Below, piece by piece: positions 40,060-49,904 of a stretch of DNA of 64,000 bases. The first letter of the stretch is position 1; each line of letters starts with the position of its first letter. Under the pieces are notes generated by a model. It worked only from the letters and a program-made list of their open reading frames with translations, did not search any database and was not told where the DNA came from. The position numbers were made by a program, and so were the translations under genes. The stretch is from Bdellovibrionales bacterium (lineage in GTDB: Bacteria; Bdellovibrionota; Bdellovibrionia; Bdellovibrionales; JAGQZY01), in assembly GCA_964230645.1 (NCBI GenBank), contig CAXRHT010000002.1, positions 1,664,001-1,728,000 on the forward strand, given 5' to 3'.

Positions 40060-41877
40060 TTATTCGTGGTCCTTGATCTCTTCGAGTTTCTGCTCGATCT
40101 CCTCGACTTCTTGTTGCCTTGTCCACAACTGGTAGTAATGGCCTTTTTTGTTCAGCAGCTCTTGGTGTCGACCTCTTTCCTTAATCTCGCCATTCATTAA
40201 TACAATGATTTCGTCGGCATCGACTATGGTTGAGAGCCGGTGCGCTATGACTAAGGTCGAACGATTTTTTGCCACTTCTTTGAGAGATTTCTGGATCTCC
40301 TTTTCTTTGTGAGAGTCGAGAGCTGAGGTGGCTTCGTCGAAAATTAGGATCTTTGGATTTTTTAAAAGTGTTCTTGAGATGGCAACACGCTGTTTTTCTC
40401 CCCCGGAGAGCTTCAAGCCACGCTCTCCAACAGGAGTGTCATATTTTTCCGGAAGAGTTTCAATAAACTCGTGGATACTAGCCCTTTTAGCGGCCTCTTC
40501 AATTTCATTTTGTTTTGCTCCGGGGCGTCCGTAGCTTATGTTGTACCCAATAGAGTCGTTAAACAAAATCGTATCTTGAGGCACCACACCAATACTGGCC
40601 CTCAAAGACTTTTGGCTCATCTCTCGAATATCCACTCCATCAATTGTGATTGAACCTTGGTTGATGTCATAAAAACGAAACAGAAGTCTTGAAAGGGTAG
40701 ATTTTCCGGAGCCACTCGGCCCCACTACGGCAATGGTCTCTCCCGCGCCCATTTTTAAATTAATATTTTTTAAAATGGGACGCTCTTCTTGATAAGAGAA
40801 GTCGACATTTTTAAATTCCACTACGCCTTGTTTGGTTTTAAAATCTATCGCTCCTTCTTTATCAGCTACCTTTGTATTAATGTGGATGAGCTCAAACATC
40901 TTATCCATATCCACAAGACTGTTTTTAATTTCTCGGTAAACAAAACCTAAAAAGTTCAGCGGCATATAAAGCTGCATAAGATAAGTGTTCACCAAAAAAA
41001 AGTCTCCTATTGTTAACTCTTCACCAATCACACCTTGTCCCGCTAATAGAAGAACTGATATGAGTCCAACTCCAATGACGACTGACTGAAGAATATTAAG
41101 AACCGAGAGAGTTTTTTGGCTTTGGATTGCGGCTTTTTCGTAACGGGCTAAAGACTTATCGAACCGTTGGTACTCGTGGTCTTCGTTGCCAAAATATTTT
41201 ACCGTTTCAAAGTTAATTAAACTGTCGATCGCTTTGGTGTTGGCTCTGGTTTCAGACTTGTTCATTTCACGTCGATACTTAATGCGCCACTCGGTAACTA
41301 CAAGGGTGAGAAAGATATAAATCGCGATGGTAGAAAATACGATAGCTGCATAGATGATATTAAAGTGATAAATTAGCACTCCGGTAACGAGCACAATTTC
41401 AAGGAGCGTTGGGACCACGTTAAAAGTCATAAAGTTCAGAACAAATTGAATTCCCCTTGTTCCTCTTTCAATCACTCGGGAGAGTCCTCCGGTTTGTCTG
41501 GAGAGGTGGAAATCCAAATCAAGATTATGAAGATGCTCAAAAGTTCTTAATGCCACTTTCCGGTGAACTTGCTGTTTGAGGTTTGCAAAAACTAGGTCCC
41601 TCACCTCTCCAAACACAGCCACGAAAATTCGCGCCACTCCATACCCCACGATCAACGCCACAGGAAGAACGATAGGAAGGTCCTCCACAGAGAGGCGGTC
41701 GACAGCTAATTTTAGTAGATAGGGCACGTAAACATTGAGTCCTTTGGCGGCCGCCAAAAAAATAAGAGCAAGTACTAAGCGAATCCGGAGATCTTTGCGA
41801 TCTTTTGGCCAAAGATATTTTGATAAAATTTTCAGGGTATGCCAATGCCCCTGATAGCTGGACTGTTGAGAAGACAT
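40060..41877 (-). CDS. ABC exporter, ATM1/HMT1 type (fused permease-ATPase)
   Basis: FHLSRQTGGL, DSLINFETVKYF, GPSGSGKS, LSGGEKQRV, IFDEATS; start moved to MSSQQ. Confidence 0.95.
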   Translation of the reverse strand: MSSQQSSYQGHWHTLKILSKYLWPKDRKDLRIRLVLALIFLAAAKGLNVYVPYLLKLAVDRLSVEDLPIVLPVALIVGYGVARIFVAVFGEVRDLVFANLKQQVHRKVALRTFEHLHNLDLDFHLSRQTGGLSRVIERGTRGIQFVLNFMTFNVVPTLLEIVLVTGVLIYHFNIIYAAIVFSTIAIYIFLTLVVTEWRIKYRREMNKSETRANTKAIDSLINFETVKYFGNEDHEYQRFDKSLARYEKAAIQSQKTLSVLNILQSVVIGVGLISVLLLAGQGVIGEELTIGDFFLVNTYLMQLYMPLNFLGFVYREIKNSLVDMDKMFELIHINTKVADKEGAIDFKTKQGVVEFKNVDFSYQEERPILKNINLKMGAGETIAVVGPSGSGKSTLSRLLFRFYDINQGSITIDGVDIREMSQKSLRASIGVVPQDTILFNDSIGYNISYGRPGAKQNEIEEAAKRASIHEFIETLPEKYDTPVGERGLKLSGGEKQRVAISRTLLKNPKILIFDEATSALDSHKEKEIQKSLKEVAKNRSTLVIAHRLSTIVDADEIIVLMNGEIKERGRHQELLNKKGHYYQLWTRQQEVEEIEQKLEEIKDHE

Positions 41878-42031
41878 AAAACCATCCTTCAACAAAGGCT
41901 TACAATCTGTAAACAAGTTTCTTTCGTCTGATATCCTAGGGTTTAGCCTTGACGGGCTCTGGCTGGCCATATCTCGGTAAATTCGCTATAACCCTTTTGT
42001 TTGAAGATTTTAAAACCGAAAGGAGAAGCCA

Positions 42032-43447
42032 ATGGCACAGGGTGAGTACCAAAAAGAAATCGATGAATACTGGGAGTCCCATATTATTCCAAGCTTAACG
42101 GAGTACATCGAAATTCCTGCCAAATCTCCTCACTTTGATTCCAATTGGCAAGAAAATGGCTACATCGAAAAAGCCTTAAAGTTGGTCGAAGATTGGATTG
42201 AAAAACGCAAAATCCCAGGACTTAAAAAAGAGGTTCTAAGAGCCGAGGGACGAACTCCCCTACTACTTTTAGAACTTGAAGGTGACTTGGATTACGAAGT
42301 TCTAATGTATGGTCATCTTGATAAGCAACCCGAGATGACTGGCTGGGATGATGACCTTGGTCCCTGGAAGGCGGTTCGCAAAAACGACAAACTTTACGGT
42401 CGCGGTGGAGCTGATGATGGCTACGCGGTTTACGCTTCCCTTTGCGCGGTTGAATACTTACTAGAGGCAAAGTCTAAACGCCCCCATATAAAAATTGCCA
42501 TAGAATTCAGTGAAGAAAGCGGTTCCGAGGACCTCCCCTTTTATTTCGATAAATTCAAAGAACGTTTTGGCTCTCCCGAACTTATAGTGTGTCTTGATTC
42601 TGGGGCAGGTAACTACGAACAAATGTGGTCGACCACTAGCTTAAGAGGTCTTGTCAGTGGAGTCTTAAAAGTCAATGTGCTTGAGGAAGGTGTTCACTCT
42701 GGGGATGCCAGTGGAGTGGTCGCCTCTTCTTTTCGAGTGGCTCGTGAAATTTTGAGTCGCCTTGAAGATCCAAAGACTGGAGAAATCCTACCCTCAGAGT
42801 TAAAGGCCGAAATACCTGGACAACGTGTAGAGCAAGCGCAACGGGCGGCTGAAACACTGAGTGACAAAGTTTATAAAAAATTTCCCTTCGCTGGAAAAAC
42901 GCAACCTATGAATGATTCCAATGTGGAACTTATTTTGAATAGAACGTGGAGAGCTGCACTCTCTGTAACGGGAGCCGATGGACTCCCCGATATCTCATCG
43001 GCTGGAAATGTTTTGCGTCCACAAACTTCTTTAAAACTATCGTTGCGTTTACCACCGACGGTGAACGCAAAAGAAGCCGCGAAGTTTCTAAAAGATTTCC
43101 TAGAGAAGAATCCTCCCTACAACGCCAATGTGGAATTTAAACTCGACGATGCCGCCAGTGGCTGGAATGCTCCTGAAATATCTGTCGACTTAGAAAATCT
43201 CGTACAAGAGGCCTCGAAAACTTATTTTGGTAAAGAGGCTCTCGCTATGGGCGAGGGAGGGTCAATTCCCTTTATGGGGATGATTGGAGAGGCCTTTCCC
43301 AAAGCGCAGTTTGTAATTACAGGAGTGCTTGGTCCTAATTCCAATGCCCATGGCCCCAATGAGTTTATTCATTTGGAGTACGCTAAGAAACTCACGGGTT
43401 GTATCTATCATATCCTTAAAAAAGCAGAGACGCTGAAAACTTGTTAG
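42032..43447 (+). CDS. M20 family metallopeptidase
   Basis: YGHLDKQP, GRGGADDG, EESGS, LDSG, AHGPNE. Confidence 0.93.
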   Translation: MAQGEYQKEIDEYWESHIIPSLTEYIEIPAKSPHFDSNWQENGYIEKALKLVEDWIEKRKIPGLKKEVLRAEGRTPLLLLELEGDLDYEVLMYGHLDKQPEMTGWDDDLGPWKAVRKNDKLYGRGGADDGYAVYASLCAVEYLLEAKSKRPHIKIAIEFSEESGSEDLPFYFDKFKERFGSPELIVCLDSGAGNYEQMWSTTSLRGLVSGVLKVNVLEEGVHSGDASGVVASSFRVAREILSRLEDPKTGEILPSELKAEIPGQRVEQAQRAAETLSDKVYKKFPFAGKTQPMNDSNVELILNRTWRAALSVTGADGLPDISSAGNVLRPQTSLKLSLRLPPTVNAKEAAKFLKDFLEKNPPYNANVEFKLDDAASGWNAPEISVDLENLVQEASKTYFGKEALAMGEGGSIPFMGMIGEAFPKAQFVITGVLGPNSNAHGPNEFIHLEYAKKLTGCIYHILKKAETLKTC

Positions 43448-43448
43448 C

Positions 43449-43580
43449 GTCATCTTGAGCGCAGCGAAGGATCTTAGGTCTTTCGCTTCGCTCAAGACGA
43501 CATTTTATTCAAAGTCATCCTGAGCGTAGCGAAGGATCTAAGGTCCTTCGCTGCGCTCAGGATGACACTTTGAGGATGAC
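43449..43580. repeat. REP-like palindrome cluster 2
   Basis: Two 53-bp palindromes (43449-43501, 43514-43566) of GTCATCYTGAGCGNAGCGAAGGATCT type, plus a partial AGGATGAC copy. Confidence 0.92.
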
Positions 43581-43793
43581 ATTAAGCTTTCCCCGCAAAG
43601 CCTTGATGTGTGCGGCTTTGAGGCAGGCGGTGCCACTCCTTTTTACATATAAAAAAACATGACAGTTTTCTGGACTTTCTCTAAACAAGACATTTTTTTG
43701 ACCTTGTAACTTTGCTTTTTTACTCAAATATTTCACAGCCATCACATTTTTAAACACTCCGAGTTGGTTCCCAAATTGCACTCCTAATAAAGC

Positions 43794-44339
43794 ATGGGTA
43801 AGTGTTTAATTATGAGTTCGTTTCTTTTATTAGCGGCTTGTGCCAGTCGTCCTAGCTTGGATAATCTTCCAAGCTTTACATATATGGACGGATTGGTAAC
43901 AGCTAAAACGGTCAACTGCTCCAGTGGTGAAGCCTTAGATTGTATGGCTTGTGCGCTTCAAGGTGAGGCCGCCAATCAACCCGGCCCTGGTATTTATGCT
44001 GTCGGGGTCACAATTATGACTCGAGCAGGTGGCGATAAAAATAGAGTCTGTAAAGTCACAAGAGCCCGTCGCCAGTTTGAAGGTATGCGCAGGCGTGGAC
44101 GACGAAAAATTTCTAAAAAGGTTTTAAAAGTTACTCAACATGTTCTTGGCAGTGAGGAAACAGGTTGGACTCACTTTTGGGCCCCTAAAGCACAGAAACG
44201 ATTGAAAAGACGAAAACCCGCGTGGGCTCATTCTTTTGAAAAAAGGCAGTGTCGACAAGAAATGATTGGTGATCATATGTTTTTTGATACGAACCAATGT
44301 AAATACAATCGAAATATGCGCTTGAACGCTCAGAATTAA
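43794..44339 (+). CDS. SleB/CwlJ-like cell-wall hydrolase lipoprotein
   Basis: LAAC lipobox; ALQGEAANQ..AV..IMTR, QFEG, THF, IGDHMFF. Confidence 0.75.
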   Translation: MGKCLIMSSFLLLAACASRPSLDNLPSFTYMDGLVTAKTVNCSSGEALDCMACALQGEAANQPGPGIYAVGVTIMTRAGGDKNRVCKVTRARRQFEGMRRRGRRKISKKVLKVTQHVLGSEETGWTHFWAPKAQKRLKRRKPAWAHSFEKRQCRQEMIGDHMFFDTNQCKYNRNMRLNAQN

Positions 44340-44791
44340 ATCGCCGGAATTTCGTAAGAAATATCTTGGTCCGATAGCAATGGCGCTGGCTTCTGGTGCT
44401 TTGGTGAAGCGTCTTGTTCCTGAGGTGGAATTTGAAAAGGATCCACCGGAAGAGAATTCTGAGGATCTAAACACTGGGCCACCACGTAGTCATTAGAAAA
44501 AAGGGCTTGAGAGAGTTTCAAAAGACCTTGGCACCACCCTGAATCGCAGGAATCACAGACCGAATGGTCCGTTTGATGTGTCAAATTTGGTCGTTTAACG
44601 AGCTTCACATAATTAGGATTTGCATCCATGGGTGTCCAGTTACGCTCACAGGGCTCGCTATACTGACTCATTAACTGAGGAGCCTTACAGGGCTCTTCCT
44701 GCTGTCCAGCGGTAACAAAGACCAATACAATAAGAAAAGCGAGCGCGTATTTCACACTGCTATTATAATAATCATTTTGCCATTTGTCCAT
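44336..44791 (-). CDS. hypothetical Cys-containing exported protein
   Basis: Hydrophobic N-terminal segment and several Cys; start may be the GTG of VKYAL. Confidence 0.5.
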   Translation of the reverse strand: MDKWQNDYYNSSVKYALAFLIVLVFVTAGQQEEPCKAPQLMSQYSEPCERNWTPMDANPNYVKLVKRPNLTHQTDHSVCDSCDSGWCQGLLKLSQALFSNDYVVAQCLDPQNSLPVDPFQIPPQEQDASPKHQKPAPLLSDQDISYEIPAI

Positions 44792-44850
44792 CCGGGTCGA
44801 TGATCGGATTTTTACGTGATTTTTGAAACAAGCTGTCCTATCCCCTCTTT

Positions 44851-45327
44851 ATGACTATTCGACCTGGACAAAAATCCGATGTTCCTGAAATCTTAAAGCT
44901 TATCCACGAGTTAGCTCATTTTGAAAAGGAGCCGGAAGCGGTAAAAACCACTGAGGAGGATCTCCTTCGAGATGGCTTTTCTAGTACTCCATTTTTTCAC
45001 ACTTTAATTTTAGAAGAGGAGGGTGAAGTTCAAGGGATGGCTCTTTATTTTTTTAATTGGTCCACTTGGGAGGGGCGCCCCAGTCTTTATTTAGAAGACC
45101 TCTATGTTAAGGACTCAGCCAGAGGTAAGGGCTTTGGACGCTCCCTTCTTATAAAGCTTGCACAAATAGCCGTTGAGAAAAACTGTGCTCGCTTTGAGTG
45201 GGAGGTTCTCGATTGGAATCAAAAAGCCCGGGATTTTTACCACCAACTCGGAGCCGAGTATATGGAAGGGTGGCTCCCCTACCGAGTGGAAGGGGAAAAA
45301 TTAATAGCTCTTTCGGAGAGAAGTTAA
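44851..45327 (+). CDS. GNAT acetyltransferase (diamine acetyltransferase-like)
   Basis: ELAHFEK, STWEGRPSLYLEDLYV..RGKGFG, WEVLDWN..A..FY. Confidence 0.92.
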   Translation: MTIRPGQKSDVPEILKLIHELAHFEKEPEAVKTTEEDLLRDGFSSTPFFHTLILEEEGEVQGMALYFFNWSTWEGRPSLYLEDLYVKDSARGKGFGRSLLIKLAQIAVEKNCARFEWEVLDWNQKARDFYHQLGAEYMEGWLPYRVEGEKLIALSERS

Positions 45328-46101
45328 AAACGCACACTGATGTTCCAGGTAGGCGGCCTCATTGATAAAAAACGGAAAACAGGACTCTGCTTGTTGCCAC
45401 TCTTTGGAGTCTCCTTTGGAATTTAGAAAAATGGGATCTCCCTTTTTGATTTCCTTAAAATCATGCCCCTCAATATTAGGATGCACATACCATCGACCGG
45501 AGGGAAAATTTATAGCTCCATTCATTTTAAAATACTCTGTCCCTTGAATTTTAAAATTCTGGGAAAAATCAAAATCCAACAATTTTTCCACAAGATGTTT
45601 TAGCTTTAAAATAAGATCAGCATTTAAAACGTTGTTAGCAACAGGTCCCACTTCCAAGGTCACACCCGCCGGACATAGTCGATTGAGATGAGTGCAGTCT
45701 TCGTCAAGGTCAACCTCTTCTATCAATTTAAAATCCGGAATCTCTGATTTTAAATAAACGCCTGCTTTTCTTGTTAACTCATGGGTGTTGTTGAAAATAG
45801 CCGTTAAACCCATACTGGAGGTAGTGGTGTGGAGATCAATACAAAAATCAAACTTGCCGCGAATTTCATCTTCAAGTTCCCCGGCTCTTATCTTTTCATA
45901 ACCGCGGCGAACACCTTTCTTGCCAAAAGCACGATTGAGATCACAATCCACATAGCGCTTTTTTTCAACATAAGCTTGCGGGTTGCCAATGAAACACCGA
46001 TACTCATTCCGAAAATCACGGTCTTCTTCCTTTAAAATTTCAACCACTTCTCGACCGACAGGCTCATTGCCATGAGTTCCGCCTACAACTGCTATTTTCA
46101 T
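45301..46101 (-). CDS. aspartoacylase (AstE/AspA family)
   Basis: GGTHGNE, DLNRAF, DLHTTT, EVGP, FINEAAY. Confidence 0.9.
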   Translation of the reverse strand: MKIAVVGGTHGNEPVGREVVEILKEEDRDFRNEYRCFIGNPQAYVEKKRYVDCDLNRAFGKKGVRRGYEKIRAGELEDEIRGKFDFCIDLHTTTSSMGLTAIFNNTHELTRKAGVYLKSEIPDFKLIEEVDLDEDCTHLNRLCPAGVTLEVGPVANNVLNADLILKLKHLVEKLLDFDFSQNFKIQGTEYFKMNGAINFPSGRWYVHPNIEGHDFKEIKKGDPIFLNSKGDSKEWQQAESCFPFFINEAAYLEHQCAFLTSLRKSY

Positions 46102-46114
46102 AGTTCAATCCTTA

Positions 46115-47281
46115 TCAAAATCGTTTACCCGAAATCCAGTCGGGAATCTCTTCCCCGAAAATTAATCGAGACAATTGTAGCCCTGTATGAAAAGCCATCC
46201 CTAACCCATGCCCCGTAAAACCACCACAATAAAAAATTTGCGGGTCTGTCGGCAGAGAACCGATCATAGGTTCCCCATCCACAGAAAAGCCCATGACTCC
46301 GGACCAGCGGTGAGTGATCTGGGAATTTTTAAACTCGGGCAAATGTTTTATTACGAAATCGTGAAGAGCACTTTGTATTTTCTCACTAGTATGATCGGAA
46401 AACCCTTTTTCTGTATCAGCCTCTAGCTGACGAAATCCACCGATTAAAAGTGAACCATCTTGAAGCTGACGAAAATAGTCTAAGTAGAAATTCGCGTAAC
46501 AAGGTCCCTCCATAAATTTTCTTTGAGGCGACATCACCATGATTTGTCCTCTTGTCGGAAAAATTTTGTCCTCAAAATAATTATTAAGAGCGGATGAGTA
46601 ACCATTGGCACAGAACACTACTAAGCTGCAGCGTAAACTATAGTCTTTGGCAATAACTAGTCTCTCAGATCCCTCTTCTTTAACTTCTTTTACCTCTTGG
46701 TTTTCTAAGAGTGAAATTTCTGTGTTCGCGCGAATCTTTTTCAAAAGTTTTATAGGATTGATTGCAGCGTCTTTTTTATAAAGGATACCTCCCTTAAAAC
46801 CTTGAGCCCCCAACCTAGATGAAACAGCTGTTTCATCTAGGACTTCAACAGGAATCTTATGTTTCATCATAAATTCAGAAACATTCTTAAGTTCTTCAAA
46901 CTCATTTTCTTGAGCCGCAAGAGAAAAGGCTCCTTTTTGCTCGTATTCAAGAGAGGAGTCCTCACTGAGCTTTAATTCTGCCTCTAGTAAATTTTTATTT
47001 TCCTCAGCAAATCGCCAGATATCTAAAGCTTGCTTTTCCCCATGTTTTCCCACCATACGATTAAAATGCTCAACAGAGCCGCAAGTCACAAAACCTGCAT
47101 TCCGACCAGTGGCGCCATCACCCAAAGTGCTCTTGTCCACAACGTAAATGTTTAATTGGGGATCTTTTTTCTTTAACCAATAGGCTGTGGATAGCCCTGA
47201 GATCCCAGCACCTACGATACATACGTCGCACTGGATCTCTTTTTTGTCTTTTAAACTTTCTGACCAATAGGAAAGGCTCAT
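46115..47281 (-). CDS. FAD-dependent oxidoreductase (DAO/PuuB-like)
   Basis: IVGAGISG, GATGRNAG, RGQ, RWSG, GFTGHGLG. Confidence 0.9.
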   Translation of the reverse strand: MSLSYWSESLKDKKEIQCDVCIVGAGISGLSTAYWLKKKDPQLNIYVVDKSTLGDGATGRNAGFVTCGSVEHFNRMVGKHGEKQALDIWRFAEENKNLLEAELKLSEDSSLEYEQKGAFSLAAQENEFEELKNVSEFMMKHKIPVEVLDETAVSSRLGAQGFKGGILYKKDAAINPIKLLKKIRANTEISLLENQEVKEVKEEGSERLVIAKDYSLRCSLVVFCANGYSSALNNYFEDKIFPTRGQIMVMSPQRKFMEGPCYANFYLDYFRQLQDGSLLIGGFRQLEADTEKGFSDHTSEKIQSALHDFVIKHLPEFKNSQITHRWSGVMGFSVDGEPMIGSLPTDPQIFYCGGFTGHGLGMAFHTGLQLSRLIFGEEIPDWISGKRF

Positions 47282-47434
47282 AAGCTCCTCTAATTAGCTT
47301 GTTTATAGAGTTTACCTTGATGTTAAAACTTTTTGAACCTCCGATCTTAAGTCCTCAAAAGAAAAGTGCGTTCAGAATTAAAACTCCCTAGTTATCAAGG
47401 CTTTCCGGTGGATTTTCCGCCGATAGCCTAAAAC

Positions 47435-47631
47435 ACGTCGTCTGATAAATGTGGTCTCGAGCGAGCATGTCGTCTTGAGTAGAGATATCATCTTGAGCGG
47501 AGATGTCGTCTTGAGCGAAGCGAAAGACCTAAAGATCCTTCGCTGCGCTCAGGATGACGATCGAGAATCCAAAAACATGTCGTCTTGAGCGAAGCGAAAG
47601 ACCTTAGATCCTGCGCTGCGCTCAGGATGAC
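47435..47631. repeat. REP-like palindrome cluster 3
   Basis: Palindromes 47505-47558 and 47579-47631; preceded by 18-bp periodic truncated arms at 47449, 47467, 47485. Confidence 0.92.
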
Positions 47632-47754
47632 TTGAGGTAAACAGAGCCTGGGTATTAAGAATTTTGAATAAATCTAGTCATTTAAAAATGCTTGTCTAAA
47701 AGCTTTTAGCGTCCTTGCTCAATAAAATGATGGAGTACTTGAAAGGAGTTACCT

Positions 47755-48186
47755 ATGCCAGAGACGACGACAAATCCGCGCCATATCAACGGAAAGACAA
47801 AAAAAGATAAGATGAAAAGAGTCGGCCGCATGAAAGCCCGTCTTTCCGCCACAAGCCCTAAAGTAAAAAAGGCAAAATCAGACAATGCACTGATCCAATT
47901 TTTCAAAACATCCTATAATCGTTTTAGAACCCAGCCTCAGGTTGACCAAACTGTTAATTGGGTGAAAGAGAACCCAAAAAAGTCAGTTGGTATTGGCCTT
48001 GGACTTTTATTATTAACACGCTCAAGAAGAGCCACCAACTTCGCAAAACTAGGATTTTCCTCAGGCATGCTTGGTTGGCTAATTAATCAGTCTCAACAAC
48101 AAAAGAGTCTCCCAGAGTCACCCATGAAGTTGAATCAATCAGAGACTTCTACACAATCTCCGACTCGGTCGGATCATCTCCACTAA
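47755..48186 (+). CDS. hypothetical basic membrane-associated protein
   Basis: AAAGGAG RBS; Lys/Arg-rich N-terminus; WVKENP + short hydrophobic helix. Confidence 0.6.
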   Translation: MPETTTNPRHINGKTKKDKMKRVGRMKARLSATSPKVKKAKSDNALIQFFKTSYNRFRTQPQVDQTVNWVKENPKKSVGIGLGLLLLTRSRRATNFAKLGFSSGMLGWLINQSQQQKSLPESPMKLNQSETSTQSPTRSDHLH

Positions 48187-48200
48187 CATAAGGATCAACT

Positions 48201-48539
48201 ATGGATACGCCTCAAGTCACCCCACAACCTAGAAAGCACAGAATGGGTAGAATTTATGCGATACTCGCTCTGAGTCTCATCTTAATCATTCTACTCGTTC
48301 CAAAGTTCGCCTCTGCCGACTCCATGGCAAGTGACGAAGCAGTTTTGGAGCAAGAGTATATCGTCACCCACGACTCTTTATGGAACACAGTCGATGACTT
48401 TTCAAAACAAGGTCCCATCGAAATCGGGTACCTTAAGGTTCAAAGTGTCGAACAATTCTTTGATCAAAAAGATCGTACAGAACCCTATGAATTGGATATC
48501 GATTTTCCAGAACCCATTCAAGCCGTTACCCAGCTTTAG
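48201..48539 (+). CDS. hypothetical exported protein
   Basis: AAGGA RBS; TM/signal segment followed by an acidic domain. Confidence 0.6.
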   Translation: MDTPQVTPQPRKHRMGRIYAILALSLILIILLVPKFASADSMASDEAVLEQEYIVTHDSLWNTVDDFSKQGPIEIGYLKVQSVEQFFDQKDRTEPYELDIDFPEPIQAVTQL

Positions 48540-49100
48540 TTAAAAACGAAGAATCATCTCCTCTGCGGTACATAAACAAGGTTTTCCGCAGCGGGGACAT
48601 TTATAGTCCACTTCTTTCCAGTACTGAGCATGCTCACTTACTTTTTTAAAACCTAGGGAACGCAAATACTTTCTTGAAGAGTCACCAGGTGACTCCACCC
48701 AAGAATGGCAGAGGATGCCTCTTGCCCCCAATTCTTTTAGAACTTCGATGGATTGAAGAGAGAGCTTTTTACCCCATCCCATCTGTTGATAGGAGGGTTT
48801 AATAAACAGGCTTTGAAAATAACCCAATTCCTCTAATTCTATTTGCCACATTTTGGGTGTCAGTCCATGCCCCTTTCCAGACTCCCATTGTCCCGGGGCC
48901 AGACTCAACCGCACTCCGACACATTTGGCTCCATCCAATAAGATAAGAGAAGGGTTTTTTGCACTTCGTTCATTTTTCTCGGCTATTTCCGTTAGTTCAC
49001 CTAGATTATAGTAATCTTGACCAATTTCTTGATCGGTTAGGTCTTTGACCTGATCAATAAATTCTCGAGTGTAAGGTCGCACACCAAGGGCACGCATCAA
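48540..49100 (-). CDS. GNAT acetyltransferase with C-terminal CxxC-x3-CxC
   Basis: YQQMGWG, YL..LGF, CPRCGKPCLC. Confidence 0.8.
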   Translation of the reverse strand: MMRALGVRPYTREFIDQVKDLTDQEIGQDYYNLGELTEIAEKNERSAKNPSLILLDGAKCVGVRLSLAPGQWESGKGHGLTPKMWQIELEELGYFQSLFIKPSYQQMGWGKKLSLQSIEVLKELGARGILCHSWVESPGDSSRKYLRSLGFKKVSEHAQYWKEVDYKCPRCGKPCLCTAEEMILRF

Positions 49101-49564
49101 AGAACCTCTAACACTTCGTACTCTCGCCCCTTGAGCTCAAAGTCCCATCCCACATTTTGACCATATAAATTCTGTCCGAGAGGACTTTCTAAGGTGATGG
49201 TTTGAATTTTCTTTTCCTTATAAATCAATTCGACCCCGCCGGCCGGAAGAATAAAAAAGTGAGCTTTGTTCTGATCGTTAACTAAAACCGTCACTAAAGA
49301 ACCCACGCTAATTGATTCTATTTTTCCCAGTTCCAGCTTTGACAGCTGATAAATTTGTTCTTGCAACTTCCCTGCTCTTTTCGATTGTCCAGAGGCTAAG
49401 TACCCGGCTTCCAAACCGCGGGTGTCATATTTATTTTCCGCCTTTGACTCCTCATTGGTGGAGGCTTCTTTGGCCTCGAAAGCGGACTGCACAAGCACCT
49501 CAAGATTCTCTTTGAGCTTTTCTTGAATCAACGCGAAAATTTCTTTCTTATCATCTGGTGTCAT
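49097..49564 (-). CDS. GreA/GreB-family protein
   Basis: ENKYDTRGLE, VGSLVTV, ITLESPLGQ.L. Confidence 0.85.
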   Translation of the reverse strand: MTPDDKKEIFALIQEKLKENLEVLVQSAFEAKEASTNEESKAENKYDTRGLEAGYLASGQSKRAGKLQEQIYQLSKLELGKIESISVGSLVTVLVNDQNKAHFFILPAGGVELIYKEKKIQTITLESPLGQNLYGQNVGWDFELKGREYEVLEVL

Positions 49565-49610
49565 GACCCGATTCTAACACAAGCTCTGGAAAGCGTGATA
49601 AACATTTTTC

Positions 49611-49904
49611 ATGACAGAAAATACCAAAAAAGAACAAGGCCTCATAATTCCGGTAGAAAAACTTTCGTCCTCGATCCTCAGCGAACTCATCTCTGAGTTT
49701 GTACTTAGAGAAGGAACCGACTACGGTCATGGAGAAACCAGTTTAGACTTAAAAAAAGAACAGGTTTTTAAACAACTGAAATCAAAAGAGGTCTTGATAC
49801 TTTTTGATATCAATCGCGAGACAACAACCCTTATGAGGGCTGATTCATTAAAAAAACAGCTTCCTGAAAATTATGAAATTTTAGATCCAAATTCAGATCT
49901 TTAA
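49611..49904 (+). CDS. YheU (UPF0270) family protein
   Basis: LISEFVLREGTDYG. Confidence 0.9.
   Translation: MTENTKKEQGLIIPVEKLSSSILSELISEFVLREGTDYGHGETSLDLKKEQVFKQLKSKEVLILFDINRETTTLMRADSLKKQLPENYEILDPNSDL

Noticed and set aside
47435..47631. CRISPR array
   Set aside because: Repeats are inverted pairs or abutting units without unique 25-45-bp spacers, and no cas gene is in the window; the same applies to the clusters at 7018 and 43449
49831..49904. 74-bp convergent overlap, and shorter ones at 12889, 18509, 26819, 44336 and 45301
   Set aside because: 3' overlaps are common in compact genomes and nothing here indicates antisense regulation
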